Shown one piece after another: positions 53,631 to 63,945 of a DNA stretch of 64,000 nt. The notes beneath the pieces are model-generated. The model made no database searches. It saw only the letters and a list, made by a program, of their open reading frames with translations, and had not been told where the DNA came from. Source of the DNA: Acidobacteriota bacterium (GTDB taxonomy: Bacteria > Acidobacteriota > Vicinamibacteria > Vicinamibacterales > SCN-69-37); contig SYFT01000106.1 in the NCBI GenBank assembly GCA_005799825.1, positions 10,459 through 74,458 of the forward strand, read 5' to 3'. The stretch's first letter is position 1. The number at the start of each line of letters is the position of its first letter. The translations under genes and the position numbers were made by a program.

Positions 53631-54800
53631 TTATGGTAGCAGACCGGTGGTTTCGGCCGCATGCCGCCGGGCCCAGGCATCAGTGGCCCTGACATCGGCC
53701 AACGAGCGAGGCACGCTGGTTTCGCGGCCCGCCGCCTCGAGCGCGCGTTCGATCACCGCGGGAATCTGCAGGAACCCGAGCCGCCCGGCCAGGAAGGCCT
53801 CTACGGCCACCTCGTTCGCGGCATTGAGAACCGCGGGCCACGCGCCGCCGTGCTCGAGCGCGTCAGACGCCAGCTGCAGACACCTGAACCGTTCGGGGTC
53901 GGGCGGCATGAAGTCCAGTTGGCCCATCTGCGTCACGTCGAGCGCGGGGACTGGCGCATCCCAGCGATTGGGGTACGAGAAGGCGTACTGGATCGGCAGT
54001 CGCATGTCTGTGACGCCCAGTTGCGCGATCACCGATCCATCGCGCAGTTCCACCATGGAATGGACAATCGACTGCGGGTGCACGACCACCGCGATCTGCT
54101 GCGGCGTCACGTCAAACAGCCACCGCGCCTCGATCACTTCAAGGCCCTTGTTCATCAGCGTGGAGGAATCAACCGTGATCTTCTTCCCCATCTGCCACGT
54201 GGGATGGCGCAGCGCGTCGGCGGGCGTCACTCGTGCAAGCGCCTCGGCGGTCCAACTACGGAATGGGCCGCCTGATGCGGTGAGAATCAGCCGCCGCAGT
54301 TCGCCCGCCGTGCGGCCGTGCAGACACTGGTGGATGGCGTTGTGTTCGGAGTCCACGGGCAGCAACGACACCCCGCGGCTGCGCGCCGCATCCACTATCA
54401 GGGCGCCGGCCATCACGAGCACTTCCTTATTCGCCAGTGCCACGGTCTTACCGTGGTCAATCGCTGCGAGTGCTGCCTCAAGGCCCGCCGCACCGGAGGA
54501 CGCAAAGAGCACCACGTCCACATCGGGATGGGTAGCGGCCGAGATCAACCCGTGCGGGCCCGCTTCGAGCGCTGCGGGCCGCGCACCGGTCGGCACCAGC
54601 GACTTTAAGTCGGCTAGGCCGTCTTCGGTGGCCACGCTGACGAATGACGGCCGGTATTGACTCACCTGTTCGGCCAGACGCGCGGTGTTGTGACCGGCGG
54701 CGAGGGCCACCACCTGCAGGCGATCGGCGTGCGCGTCCACCACCGACAACGCGCTCTGACCGATCGATCCGGTGGAGCCGAGAATAGCGATGCGGATCAC
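53631..54800 (-). CDS. dxr: 1-deoxy-D-xylulose 5-phosphate reductoisomerase
   Basis: 389 aa with ILGSTGSIGQSAL, LANKEVLVMAG and DSEHNAIHQCL. Confidence 0.95.
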   Translation of the reverse strand: MIRIAILGSTGSIGQSALSVVDAHADRLQVVALAAGHNTARLAEQVSQYRPSFVSVATEDGLADLKSLVPTGARPAALEAGPHGLISAATHPDVDVVLFASSGAAGLEAALAAIDHGKTVALANKEVLVMAGALIVDAARSRGVSLLPVDSEHNAIHQCLHGRTAGELRRLILTASGGPFRSWTAEALARVTPADALRHPTWQMGKKITVDSSTLMNKGLEVIEARWLFDVTPQQIAVVVHPQSIVHSMVELRDGSVIAQLGVTDMRLPIQYAFSYPNRWDAPVPALDVTQMGQLDFMPPDPERFRCLQLASDALEHGGAWPAVLNAANEVAVEAFLAGRLGFLQIPAVIERALEAAGRETSVPRSLADVRATDAWARRHAAETTGLLP

Positions 54801-55591
54801 GCGACGTACCGCAGGAACAACAGGTACGCAGGGACTGCAAACAGATACGCGTCGATGCGATCGAGCACACCGCCGTGTCCGGGGATCAGCGCCGAACTGT
54901 CTTTGACCCCCGCGCTGCGTTTGAGCAACGACTCAAAGAGATCGCCCGTGATCCCGACGACACACAACATCAGGCCCAGCGCGACTCCCTCCAGGGGTGA
55001 GACCACCTGCCCCCACATCGGCCCCAGCAGGGCGCCGGTGACAGCGGCCGCCACCATGCCTCCAACCGCACCTTCGATCGTCTTAACGGGGCTGATCGCA
55101 GGCGCCAGCTTTCGACGGCCATACGCGCGGCCGACGAAATACTGCGCCGAGTCACTGATCGCGATGGTCGCGATGAGAAAGATCACCGGCCGTGGGCCAA
55201 ACACCACGTCAATCCACACAAGCGCACCCAGCGGAAGGCCGACATACAGCGGCGCCATGACCGTGACCGCCACTGTCGTGATCATGGACGGTGACGGCGC
55301 CCCCCCGGCCATCGTCACAATCCCCGCGCCCGCCACCAGGGCCAGCAACACCAGGACAATCGCGGCGCCATTCGCCATACCGACAGGCACCACCGCGCAT
55401 GCGGCCATGGCCGCCACGGCGACAAAGAGAACAGGAACGGGAGCGCCAACGGCGCGAGAAAGACTGGCCACTTCGCCTGCGGCCAGTGCGCCGACCAGAG
55501 CGGCCATGACCAACGTGGCCCACCATGGCCCAAGCCACAGGACGGCGCCGACGATTGCGACGAGTACGACGGCGCTCAGGACGCGGGTCAC
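54797..55591 (-). CDS. cdsA: phosphatidate cytidylyltransferase
   Basis: 264 aa polytopic protein with the C-terminal signature SLLKRSAGVKDSSALIPGHGGVLDRIDA. Confidence 0.9.
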   Translation of the reverse strand: MTRVLSAVVLVAIVGAVLWLGPWWATLVMAALVGALAAGEVASLSRAVGAPVPVLFVAVAAMAACAVVPVGMANGAAIVLVLLALVAGAGIVTMAGGAPSPSMITTVAVTVMAPLYVGLPLGALVWIDVVFGPRPVIFLIATIAISDSAQYFVGRAYGRRKLAPAISPVKTIEGAVGGMVAAAVTGALLGPMWGQVVSPLEGVALGLMLCVVGITGDLFESLLKRSAGVKDSSALIPGHGGVLDRIDAYLFAVPAYLLFLRYVA

Positions 55592-55594
55592 GCG

Positions 55595-56383
55595 TTAATT
55601 TGTGACTCCAACCGGGTCCGACGACACGGCACCGTAACGACGATCGCGTCGCTGATAATCGGCCACGGCTTCCAGCAGATGCCGCGCGCGAAAGTCGGGC
55701 CAAAAGGTGTCCGTGACCCAGATTTCCGCGTACGCAATTTGCCAGAGCAAGAAGTTGCTCACGCGCATCTCGCCGCTGGTCCGAATCAGCAGGTCCGGAT
55801 CGGGCTGCCCGGCTGTGTAGAGGAGCGACGAGAACATGTCCTCATCCAGCGCCTCGGGCGCGATGCCGCGGATGATCGCCTGCCGCGCCGCGTCCACAAT
55901 CTCGGCGCGACCGCCGTAGCTGAGCGCGATGTTGAAGACCATCCCAGTATTGGTCGCGGTCCTGACGACAGCCGCTTCCACCTCCTCGCGCACGTCGGGG
56001 CTCAGACGGTCGAGCTGCCCGATCACGCGGAACTGGATGTTGTTCTTGAGCAGCGTCTTGAGTTCGGCCCGCAGGTAGTGGCGAAGCAAACCCATCAGGG
56101 CCGACACTTCCGGCACCGGGCGCTTCCAGTTCTCCACCGAAAACGCGTAGAGGGTCAGAACCGAGAGGCCGAGCCGCGCCGAGGTTTCCACGGTGTCGCG
56201 CACCGAATCAATGCCGGCGCGATGCCCTTCCACACGGGGCAGGTGCCGTTCGGCGGCCCATCGGCCGTTGCCATCCATGATGCTGGCCACATGTTTGGGT
56301 AAACGGTCGAAGTCGAGCCGACGCGAAATGGCCTCTTCGGGCGATCCCTTCGGCACGCCGGCTAGCACATCAGCGAGCGCCAT
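55595..56383 (-). CDS. uppS: isoprenyl transferase (undecaprenyl diphosphate synthase)
   Basis: 262 aa with HVASIMDGNGRWA, TLYAFSVENWKRP and DLLIRTSGEMRVSNFLLWQ. Confidence 0.95.
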   Translation of the reverse strand: MALADVLAGVPKGSPEEAISRRLDFDRLPKHVASIMDGNGRWAAERHLPRVEGHRAGIDSVRDTVETSARLGLSVLTLYAFSVENWKRPVPEVSALMGLLRHYLRAELKTLLKNNIQFRVIGQLDRLSPDVREEVEAAVVRTATNTGMVFNIALSYGGRAEIVDAARQAIIRGIAPEALDEDMFSSLLYTAGQPDPDLLIRTSGEMRVSNFLLWQIAYAEIWVTDTFWPDFRARHLLEAVADYQRRDRRYGAVSSDPVGVTN

Positions 56384-56425
56384 TCAGGGAGTTTAGCCCG
56401 ATGGCGCGGCTAAAGCCACGCCCTA

Positions 56426-57157
56426 CTACGGGTAGTCCACCGACACGAGCGTCAGGCCCTGCGCAGGGGCCGTATCGCCCGCCTGCTCCCGATCCCGCGA
56501 CTCGATGAGCGCCGCCATGGACGAGGGATCCCTGCGGCCGGCCCCTACCTCGACTAGCGTGCCGACGATGGCGCGCACCATATGGCGCAGGAACCCGTCG
56601 CCGTGCACCTCGAACACCAGCTCGTCGCCACTCACGCGCAGTTCGGCGCGGTCCACCGTCCGGACCGTGTCGAGCACATCGGAACCACTGGACATGAACG
56701 CCGAGAAATCATACGTCCCGATGAGCGCGGACACGGCGGCCCGCATCGCGGGCACATCCAGCGGCTGCGGCGCCTGCCACACGTATCGATGCGCAAACGG
56801 CGACACCATTTCGGCGATGGCAATGCGATAGCGGTAGGCCTTGCCGATCGCGTCGAAGCGGGCATTAAACCCTTCCGCCGCATCGGCGACGTCAAGCACG
56901 CGGATATCGCGGTCCAGCTTGACGTTAAGCGCCCGCCGAATCACGTCAACGGGATGCGTGGTGTCGCACTCGATTGACGCAACCTGCCCGAGCGCGTGCA
57001 CACCCGCATCCGTGCGGCCCGCGCCGAACAGCGGCCGCGCCGAGAACGGCTGCATGGCGTCTTCAATCGCCGCTTGGATGGTGGGACCGTTTTCCTGACG
57101 CTGCCACCCGCAAAAGCGCGTGCCGTCGTAGGCGACGACCAGCCGCAAAACCCTCAT
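56426..57157 (-). CDS. truA: tRNA pseudouridine(38-40) synthase
   Basis: 243 aa with VAYDGTRFCGWQRQ and GAGRTDAGVHALGQV. Confidence 0.9.
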   Translation of the reverse strand: MRVLRLVVAYDGTRFCGWQRQENGPTIQAAIEDAMQPFSARPLFGAGRTDAGVHALGQVASIECDTTHPVDVIRRALNVKLDRDIRVLDVADAAEGFNARFDAIGKAYRYRIAIAEMVSPFAHRYVWQAPQPLDVPAMRAAVSALIGTYDFSAFMSSGSDVLDTVRTVDRAELRVSGDELVFEVHGDGFLRHMVRAIVGTLVEVGAGRRDPSSMAALIESRDREQAGDTAPAQGLTLVSVDYP

Positions 57158-57169
57158 GGCGCGGGTTGC

Positions 57170-57733
57170 CTACGCCCTTGAGCCGGGCTTGGTCACGGGT
57201 TGCCCAGCCGCACAGAGGGGGCATGTCGCCGAGTCGTAGGTGGGCAACGACAGGGCTACGAGTGCGCGGAATGGCACGTCGAGTGATGACGTGCCGCCAC
57301 TGCGATCGATGATCGAACCCGCGCCCACGACCGTGGCGCCAGCCTGCCGGGCCACCACCATCGTCTCGCGCGTTGACCCACCGGTGGTCACGACGTCTTC
57401 GATCACCACCACGCGGTCGTCGGCCGACAGCGTGAAGCCGCGACGGAGCGTCAATACGCTCTCCTGGCGTTCCGCGAAGATCGCGCGCACACCGAGCGCA
57501 CGCGCCACCTCGTGCCCGATGATCAAGCCGCCGAGTGCGGGCGACAACACCACGGTGGACTTCAGATCGCGCAGCGCGTCGGCTAGCGCGCCGCCAAGCG
57601 GCGCCGCATGTTCGGGATGCTGGAGCACAAGCGCGCACTGCAGGTAGCCCGAACTGTGCAGGCCCGAGGAGAGCCGGAAGTGCCCTTCGTGGAGGGCGCC
57701 GGACTGACGGAAGAGCGACAGGACGTCAATCAT
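57170..57733 (-). CDS. pyrE: orotate phosphoribosyltransferase
   Basis: 187 aa with the PRPP-binding loop VVVIEDVVTTGGS. Confidence 0.9.
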   Translation of the reverse strand: MIDVLSLFRQSGALHEGHFRLSSGLHSSGYLQCALVLQHPEHAAPLGGALADALRDLKSTVVLSPALGGLIIGHEVARALGVRAIFAERQESVLTLRRGFTLSADDRVVVIEDVVTTGGSTRETMVVARQAGATVVGAGSIIDRSGGTSSLDVPFRALVALSLPTYDSATCPLCAAGQPVTKPGSRA

Positions 57734-60255
57734 CGGACACCCCGCAGTGCCGATTCGAACAACTTCAGGATGCGTTTGTATTCATCGGCCCAACTGGTCT
57801 CTTCGGTGAACGCGTGGTTCTCCACCGGATACCCAGCCAACTCCCAGTTTTCTTTACGCAACTCGATCAGCCGTTGCGCCAGTCTCACCGAGTCCTGGAA
57901 AAATACGTTGGTGTCCACCATCCCGTGCAGGATGAGCAGGCGATTCTTGAGACCCGCCGCATGGAAAATAGGCGAGCTCTTTTTATACGCCTCGGGGTCT
58001 GTCTGCGGCGTGTTGAGGATGTTTGACGTGTAGCTATGGTTGTAGTGCGACCAATCGGTCACAGGGCGCAGCGCCGCGCCCGCCACAAACACATCCGGCG
58101 TGGTGAACATCGCCATCAGCGTGATGAATCCACCGTAGCTACCGCCATAAACGCCGATGCGCTTCGCATCCACCTTCTCTGAGGCGACGAGGAACTTGGC
58201 GCCATCCACAACGTCTTCGAGGTCCTTGCCTCCCATGAACCGATAGATCCCCGTCCGCCAATCGCGGCCGTAGCCCGACGACGCGCGGTAGTCGGGGTCG
58301 AGAACGACGTAGCCCTTGGATGCGAGGATGTGATGGAACATGTATTCGCGGTAGTACGTGGACCAGTACTTGTGCGCGTTCTGGAGGTAACCCGCGCCGT
58401 GCACGAAGATGACCGCGGGCTTCTTCGGATCACGTTTCGCGCCCATCATCTCGGGCGTGTAGAGACGGGCATAGACGTCCTGCCCGTCACGCGCCTTGTA
58501 GGTGATGACCTTGGGGTCCATCCACTTGAAGGCCCTGAATTCGTCCGACGGCGTCGTTGTCACCTGCACCGCTGGAGCGCCGGCGGTGAACGGCATCATG
58601 TGCAGCTCGGGCACTTTGGTGCTGTAGGAGTGGATGATAGCGAGGGAGCGCTCGTCTGTCGAAATGGTGGCGTCATTCGACCCGGTCATCGTGGTGACCT
58701 TGGTGCGCGCGCCGCCATCGACCGACATCGTGTAGAAGTGCCGTTCGCCGGGATGTACTTCATTAGTCTGTAGGAACACTTTGCTGCGGTCGCGTGACAG
58801 CACGGCGTTGGTCACTTCCCACTGGCCGCTGGTGAGCGCCGTGGCCGTCGGCTTCGCCACGCTCATGTCCACCGAGTAGAGCTGCAGATAGCCGGTCTTC
58901 TCCGAGAGGAACAGGAACCGTTTTCCGTCGGCGAGCCAGGCAATACCGGCGCCACCGCCGAAGCCGCCACCGATGCCCTGCTCACGAATCCACGCGTCAT
59001 CGCGCTGATTGTCGATGACGGTTGCGGCGCCCGTGGCCGGGTCCACTTTCACAAACCAGCGGTCCTTGTTGTCGGCGGCGCGGACGGCCATCACCGTGTG
59101 CCCGCCGTCATCGGACATGTCGGGAGAGCCCCAGTTCACGATGCGGGGTCCAAGTGTGGCGTCCGACAGAGCCGACCACTCGCGGCCGGCAAACGGCGCG
59201 GCGTCTGCCCACACGTGCTTGTCTTCCTTCGCGTCGAGAATCGCGAGCTTCCGCACAGGCGACACGTCACCGACGTTGGTGCGGCCCGGAATCATTTCAG
59301 GATACGACGACTGCGTGATGTAGCTCGGCGTGTCCTGGCCCCGTGCCGGCAGTGCCGGCGCTTCGTTGATACCGATCCAGACGTAACGCTCGTCGGCGGA
59401 CAACTGCAGGTCCGCTGTGGTCTGCCGCTCCGCGAGCGTGAAGCGCGCGATTAATACTGCAGGGGGCTGAGCACCGGCGGGGCCGCCACGACCACCCTGA
59501 CGGCCCTCTGCCTGAGCGCGGAGGTAGTCCACCAACGCCAGTTCCTGTTCGCGGAGCATGCGCTGCGCCTCGGTCAGGGTTTCCACAGCGCTAGCGCCAC
59601 CGGCGCGGCCGGCGCCTCCGCCCCGTTGCCCGGCGCCACCGACGCGCCCGGCAGCAGCGGCGGGAGCCGCACTTGTGGCCGCACCTGCCGCCACGATGTC
59701 GGTCAACTGCTGGATGGTGGGCCCGGGCCCTGCGGCCAGAGACATGATGAAGAGATTGCCGTCGCGCTGAAACGTCACGGCCGTGTCGTTGCGCGCCCAG
59801 CGGGGATTCGTTTCTGCGACCGCAGTGTGGGTCAGCAGACTGCGGGCACCCGAAGCGACGTCATACAGTACCAAGTCGCCGCTTTCGGCGTTCAGCAAAC
59901 GGCGGCCCGCCCGATCGGGACGGCCAGCCGGGGGCACGTCGAGTTTCAGGCCTTCCTCGTCGGTCAACTGGCGCAGCCCGGAGCCATCGCGATGCACGAT
60001 GTAGGTTGAGGACCGGGGATCACCGGCCTTCTGCCATGTGAAATAGGCCTTCGATGAGTCTTTGGACCATCGTACGGCCGAGGGCGAGGCGCCCACCAGA
60101 GCGGGTCCCCGCATGATGGAATCCACGGTCATGGGCATTACGACGGGCTTGGCGGCAAGGGCGGTGGGGCCGGCGGCACGTTGGTCGGCGGCGAGCCAGG
60201 TAGCGGTCAAAAAGACGAGGGCTGTCAGGGTTGTCAGTCGGCGCATGGTTTGCAT
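57730..60255 (-). CDS. S9 family serine peptidase (beta-propeller plus alpha/beta hydrolase), secreted
   Basis: 841 aa with signal MQTMRRLTTLTALVFLTATWLAA. It has the nucleophile elbow GVYGGSYGG, the C-terminal LILHGMVDTNV and His region, and two Gly/Arg-rich inserts. Confidence 0.9.
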   Translation of the reverse strand: MQTMRRLTTLTALVFLTATWLAADQRAAGPTALAAKPVVMPMTVDSIMRGPALVGASPSAVRWSKDSSKAYFTWQKAGDPRSSTYIVHRDGSGLRQLTDEEGLKLDVPPAGRPDRAGRRLLNAESGDLVLYDVASGARSLLTHTAVAETNPRWARNDTAVTFQRDGNLFIMSLAAGPGPTIQQLTDIVAAGAATSAAPAAAAGRVGGAGQRGGGAGRAGGASAVETLTEAQRMLREQELALVDYLRAQAEGRQGGRGGPAGAQPPAVLIARFTLAERQTTADLQLSADERYVWIGINEAPALPARGQDTPSYITQSSYPEMIPGRTNVGDVSPVRKLAILDAKEDKHVWADAAPFAGREWSALSDATLGPRIVNWGSPDMSDDGGHTVMAVRAADNKDRWFVKVDPATGAATVIDNQRDDAWIREQGIGGGFGGGAGIAWLADGKRFLFLSEKTGYLQLYSVDMSVAKPTATALTSGQWEVTNAVLSRDRSKVFLQTNEVHPGERHFYTMSVDGGARTKVTTMTGSNDATISTDERSLAIIHSYSTKVPELHMMPFTAGAPAVQVTTTPSDEFRAFKWMDPKVITYKARDGQDVYARLYTPEMMGAKRDPKKPAVIFVHGAGYLQNAHKYWSTYYREYMFHHILASKGYVVLDPDYRASSGYGRDWRTGIYRFMGGKDLEDVVDGAKFLVASEKVDAKRIGVYGGSYGGFITLMAMFTTPDVFVAGAALRPVTDWSHYNHSYTSNILNTPQTDPEAYKKSSPIFHAAGLKNRLLILHGMVDTNVFFQDSVRLAQRLIELRKENWELAGYPVENHAFTEETSWADEYKRILKLFESALRGVR

Positions 60256-60403
60256 TCTCTTTGGCCATCAGTGGCAATTGCTTGCGAATACTGATGATAC
60301 GTCCCCGAGGGCTCCGCGATCCGGGACGCGGTTGTCCCTGAAGCAGGAACAACTCTTTTGACCGCGTAGTATAGAGGGTAGCGTGATTTTTGGAGAGATT
60401 GAG

Positions 60404-61984
60404 ATGATGACTCGGAGCCTGTATTTCTTGATTCGCAGCGGTATTGTTGGCCTGGCCGTGGTCGGGCAACTTGGGCTGACGCCCGATGTGGCGCTGGCGC
60501 AGACTTCCACGACCACTCCCGCTCCCCAGGGGCCGGCGCTGCCGTTGTCGATGAGTCAGGCCGAGGCCATGGCGCTCGAAGCGAATCTCGGTCTGAAGGC
60601 TGACCGCCTTGCCCCTGACATCGCGTCGGAGAACCTGGCCAGCGCGCGGGCCGCTTTTGTTCCGACCCTCAGCTCGGCCTTCTCGCGCAGTTCGAGTGAA
60701 CGTGCCTCCACCAACGTGTTTGAGGGCAGCGCAACCTCAGTGACGAACAAGGGCGTGTCAATCAACACCACGGTGAACCAGTTCCTCCCCTGGTATGGAT
60801 CGAGTTTTCAGGTGCGGTGGAACGCGGGTCGCATCGAGTCGTCCGAGGCGTTCTCGCGGTTCAACCCCACGCTCAACTCGGGTGTCAATCTGGGCTTCAA
60901 TCAGCCGCTGCTCGAAGGGTTCAAGATTGATGGCGCCAGGGCAGGCGTCCACATGGCTGAGCGCAACCGGGTCATTGCCGATATCCAACTCGAACAAGTG
61001 GTTGTCGTCACCAGGGTGCAGGTGCAGTCGGCCTACCTGACGCTGATTGGCGCGATTGAAGGCCTGAAGGTGGCCCAGCAGAACCTAGACCTCGCGCGTG
61101 AATCGCTGCGCAACAACCAGTCGCGCGTGGAAGTCGGCACCATGGCGCCGATCGACGTCATCGAGGCGGAAGCCGAGGTGGCGAGCAACGAAGAGGCCGT
61201 CATCATCGCCGAGTCGTCGGTGGCCACGTCTGAAGATGCGCTGCGCGCGCTCATCTTCGAGCCGACGCGCCCCGACTACTGGCAGGTGCGCATCCAGCCG
61301 ACCGACACGATTCAGATGCAGGCCGTCGACGTGAACGTGGATGCAGCCATCACCAACGCCATCGCCAACCGCACGGATCTGCTGGTGGCAAAGCTCCAGA
61401 TCGAGAACACCGACCTCAACCTCGACCTGCTGCGCAATCAGACACTGCCGTCGGTGGACCTGCAGCTCAGCTACTCGGCGTCAGGCACGGGTGGCACGCA
61501 GAAAAACTTCTCCAATGAATTTCCACCGATCCTGATCAGCAGCAGCGAACGTGGCTTTGGCCCCGTGCTGGGTGACGCGTTCCGCAACACGAACCCCGCG
61601 TGGACGATTGGCGTCAACGTGGGGTACCCCGTGGGCAAGAGCAGCACGGAAGCCGCGTTGGCCACGCGCAGGCTCGAGAAGCAGCGTGCGGAGATTGAAC
61701 TGCGTGACGCGGAATTGCAGGTCACCACCTCGGTGCGCGACGCGGGCCGCCAGGTCTCCACCAACTTCAAGCGTGTGCAGGTCACACAGGTGGCACGTGA
61801 GCGCACCCAGCGCCAGCTCGACGCCGAGCAGAAACGCTTCGGCGTGGGCCTCTCGACGACGTTCCAGCTCCAGTCACGCCAGCGCGACCTCGCCGCGGCC
61901 AAGATCCGCGAACTGCAGGCAATCATCGACTATAGCCGCTCACTGATCACCTTCGAAGCGATTCAGAAAGCACCTGTGCGCTGA
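60404..61984 (+). CDS. TolC family outer-membrane efflux protein
   Basis: ORF 60383..61984 trimmed to the ATG at 60404. It has a signal peptide and the two-repeat OEP pattern (LSMSQAEAMALEANLGLKA..., VEVGTMAPIDVIEAEAEVA...). Confidence 0.85.
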   Translation: MMTRSLYFLIRSGIVGLAVVGQLGLTPDVALAQTSTTTPAPQGPALPLSMSQAEAMALEANLGLKADRLAPDIASENLASARAAFVPTLSSAFSRSSSERASTNVFEGSATSVTNKGVSINTTVNQFLPWYGSSFQVRWNAGRIESSEAFSRFNPTLNSGVNLGFNQPLLEGFKIDGARAGVHMAERNRVIADIQLEQVVVVTRVQVQSAYLTLIGAIEGLKVAQQNLDLARESLRNNQSRVEVGTMAPIDVIEAEAEVASNEEAVIIAESSVATSEDALRALIFEPTRPDYWQVRIQPTDTIQMQAVDVNVDAAITNAIANRTDLLVAKLQIENTDLNLDLLRNQTLPSVDLQLSYSASGTGGTQKNFSNEFPPILISSSERGFGPVLGDAFRNTNPAWTIGVNVGYPVGKSSTEAALATRRLEKQRAEIELRDAELQVTTSVRDAGRQVSTNFKRVQVTQVARERTQRQLDAEQKRFGVGLSTTFQLQSRQRDLAAAKIRELQAIIDYSRSLITFEAIQKAPVR

Positions 61985-62065
61985 GGCGAGACGCTGCGAT
62001 CGGGGTCCGGGAGTCCCAAAGTCCCGGGGTCGCTAATGCGGAAGCACAGTGACTAAAATGCCCAT

Positions 62066-62833
62066 GTGCCCGGTGTTTCCGCCACAGTCATCACGCTAAA
62101 CGAGGCCGCGAACATCCAAGGATGCCTCGCATCGCTCGCGTGGGCTGACGAAGTCATTGTCGTAGACAGCGGCAGCACTGACGGCACGGCAGCGTTGGCC
62201 CGGGTTGCCGGGGCCAGGGTCATCGTTCGAGACTGGCCCGGCTACGCGGCGCAAAAGGACTTCGCGGCCTCCCAGGCGACCCACGACTGGATCCTGTCGG
62301 TGGACGCCGACGAACGCGTCACACCCGAACTGGCTGCCGAGATTCGCCGCTTGCTCGATCAGTCTTCGGATCGCGTCGGTTACCGAGTGCCGCGCATCAC
62401 CTTCCATCTGGGCCGCTGGATTCGCCACACCGACTGGTATCCCGACTATCAGTTGCGCCTCTACGACCGGCGTCAGGCAAGCTGGGCGAAGCGGCTCGTC
62501 CACGAGTCGATCACCGCGCGCGGCCCCGTCGGCCAGTTGTCGCACGACCTGCAGCACTACGCATACTGCGACCTCAACCATCACTACGAGACGATGCAGC
62601 GGTATACGACGCTGGCGGCTTCTCAGATGGCCAGTGAGGGACGGACGGCCGGTCTCTTTAGCGTGCTCTTTCACCCACCCGCGGCGTTCCTGCGCAACTA
62701 CGTGCTCAGGGCCGGCTTCCTCGACGGCATGCCCGGCCTCATCATCTCGGCCATGAACGCGCATTACGTCTTCCTGAAGTTTGCGAAGTTGTGGGCACTG
62801 CAAGTGGCGCCGCAGGGAGTGAAGAAGGATTGA
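62066..62833 (+). CDS. family 2 glycosyltransferase (LPS-core type)
   Basis: 255 aa with SATVITLNEA, VIVVDSGSTDGT and LSVDADERV (DxD). Confidence 0.85.
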   Translation: MPGVSATVITLNEAANIQGCLASLAWADEVIVVDSGSTDGTAALARVAGARVIVRDWPGYAAQKDFAASQATHDWILSVDADERVTPELAAEIRRLLDQSSDRVGYRVPRITFHLGRWIRHTDWYPDYQLRLYDRRQASWAKRLVHESITARGPVGQLSHDLQHYAYCDLNHHYETMQRYTTLAASQMASEGRTAGLFSVLFHPPAAFLRNYVLRAGFLDGMPGLIISAMNAHYVFLKFAKLWALQVAPQGVKKD

Positions 62834-63945
62834 CCTCCGTCCACCTCGACACGGCCCGGACCTGGCGAGGCGGGCAGAACCAGGTGCTGCTCACGGTCAC
62901 CGGCCTCTGCGAGCTGGGACATCCGGCAGTGCTCGTAGCCCAGGGCAGCGGCGAGCTGTCACGCCGCGCGCACGAGGGCCTGCGCACGGTGGCGCTCAAC
63001 CCGGCCGGCGAGTTCGACGTGCAGGCGGGTTGGCAGCTACACCGTGCGCTGCGCACGATCAAGCCAGACGTGGTGCACGTCCACGATCCGATGGGCGTCA
63101 CCCTCATCGCCATGGCGCTGAAGCTTCAACCCCGCCTCGCCCCCCGCCCGCTCATCGTCGCCTCACGGCGGGTGGATTTTCATCTAAAGCGCAATGCATT
63201 TTCGCGCTGGAAGTACCGGCACATCGACGTGTTCATCGCGGTGTCGGGGGTCATCGCGCGCATGCTGGTGGAGGATGGGATTCCCGCTGAACGCATCGAG
63301 GTGGTGCACGACGGCGTCAATATCAGCGCCATCGACAAGATCGAGGTTGAGGACGTCCACAAGGCGTTCTTCCTGCCGCACGGTGCGCCGATCGTGGGTA
63401 ACGTGGCGGCACTGGTGCCGCACAAGGGCCAGAGGGTCCTGATCGAGGCCGCCGCGCGGGTCACACGCCAGGTGCCCGATGCGCGGTTTGTGATTTTAGG
63501 TGAGGGCGAACTGCGCGACTCGCTCGAACGCCAGGTGAAGGCACTCGGCCTCGAACGACATGTGTTCTTGCCGGGATTCCGTTCCAATGTGATCGCACTT
63601 CAGAAATCGTTCGATATCTTCGCGATGAGTTCGGTCACCGAAGGTCTGGGTTCATCAATGCTCGACGCGATGGCGTGCAGCGTCCCCGTCATCGGCACGC
63701 GCGCCGGCGGCATTCCCGAGGCGATTGAGCACGATCAAAGCGGATTGCTCGTCCGTCCCAACCATGCGGACGAACTGGCGGCAGCGCTTATCGACCTGCT
63801 CAAGAACCCTGAGTTGCGCGCACAACTGGGCGCCGCGGGCCGTCAGCGCGTGCAGAGCGAGTTCAGTGTCGACACAATGGTGGAAGGCACGCTCGCGGTC
63901 TACGAACACCGTCTCGCGGCCCGACGCTGGCCTAGCGATCAGTAG
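62830..63945 (+). CDS. family 4 glycosyltransferase (GT-B, group 1)
   Basis: ORF 62791..63945 trimmed to the TTG at 62830 (TTGA overlap with the GT2 stop). The C-terminal signature is SVTEGLGSSMLDAMACSVPVIGTRAGGIPE. Confidence 0.85.
   Translation: MTSVHLDTARTWRGGQNQVLLTVTGLCELGHPAVLVAQGSGELSRRAHEGLRTVALNPAGEFDVQAGWQLHRALRTIKPDVVHVHDPMGVTLIAMALKLQPRLAPRPLIVASRRVDFHLKRNAFSRWKYRHIDVFIAVSGVIARMLVEDGIPAERIEVVHDGVNISAIDKIEVEDVHKAFFLPHGAPIVGNVAALVPHKGQRVLIEAAARVTRQVPDARFVILGEGELRDSLERQVKALGLERHVFLPGFRSNVIALQKSFDIFAMSSVTEGLGSSMLDAMACSVPVIGTRAGGIPEAIEHDQSGLLVRPNHADELAAALIDLLKNPELRAQLGAAGRQRVQSEFSVDTMVEGTLAVYEHRLAARRWPSDQ

Noticed and set aside
52430-55598. Three long plus-strand ORFs (52430..53611, 53647..54660, 54657..55598)
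   Set aside because: They are antisense to rseP, dxr and cdsA, whose identities are unambiguous. These are shadow ORFs.
60256-60403. Candidate sigma-70 promoter (TTGACC ... TATAGA) in the S9/TolC divergent spacer
   Set aside because: The spacing between the two hexamers is far too short (about 6 nt), and acidobacterial promoter consensus is poorly defined. This is not supportable from sequence alone.
61985-62065. Possible terminator hairpin after the TolC-family gene (CCGGGA ... TCCCGG)
   Set aside because: The stem is only 6 bp, with no extension and no U-tract. It is too weak to call.
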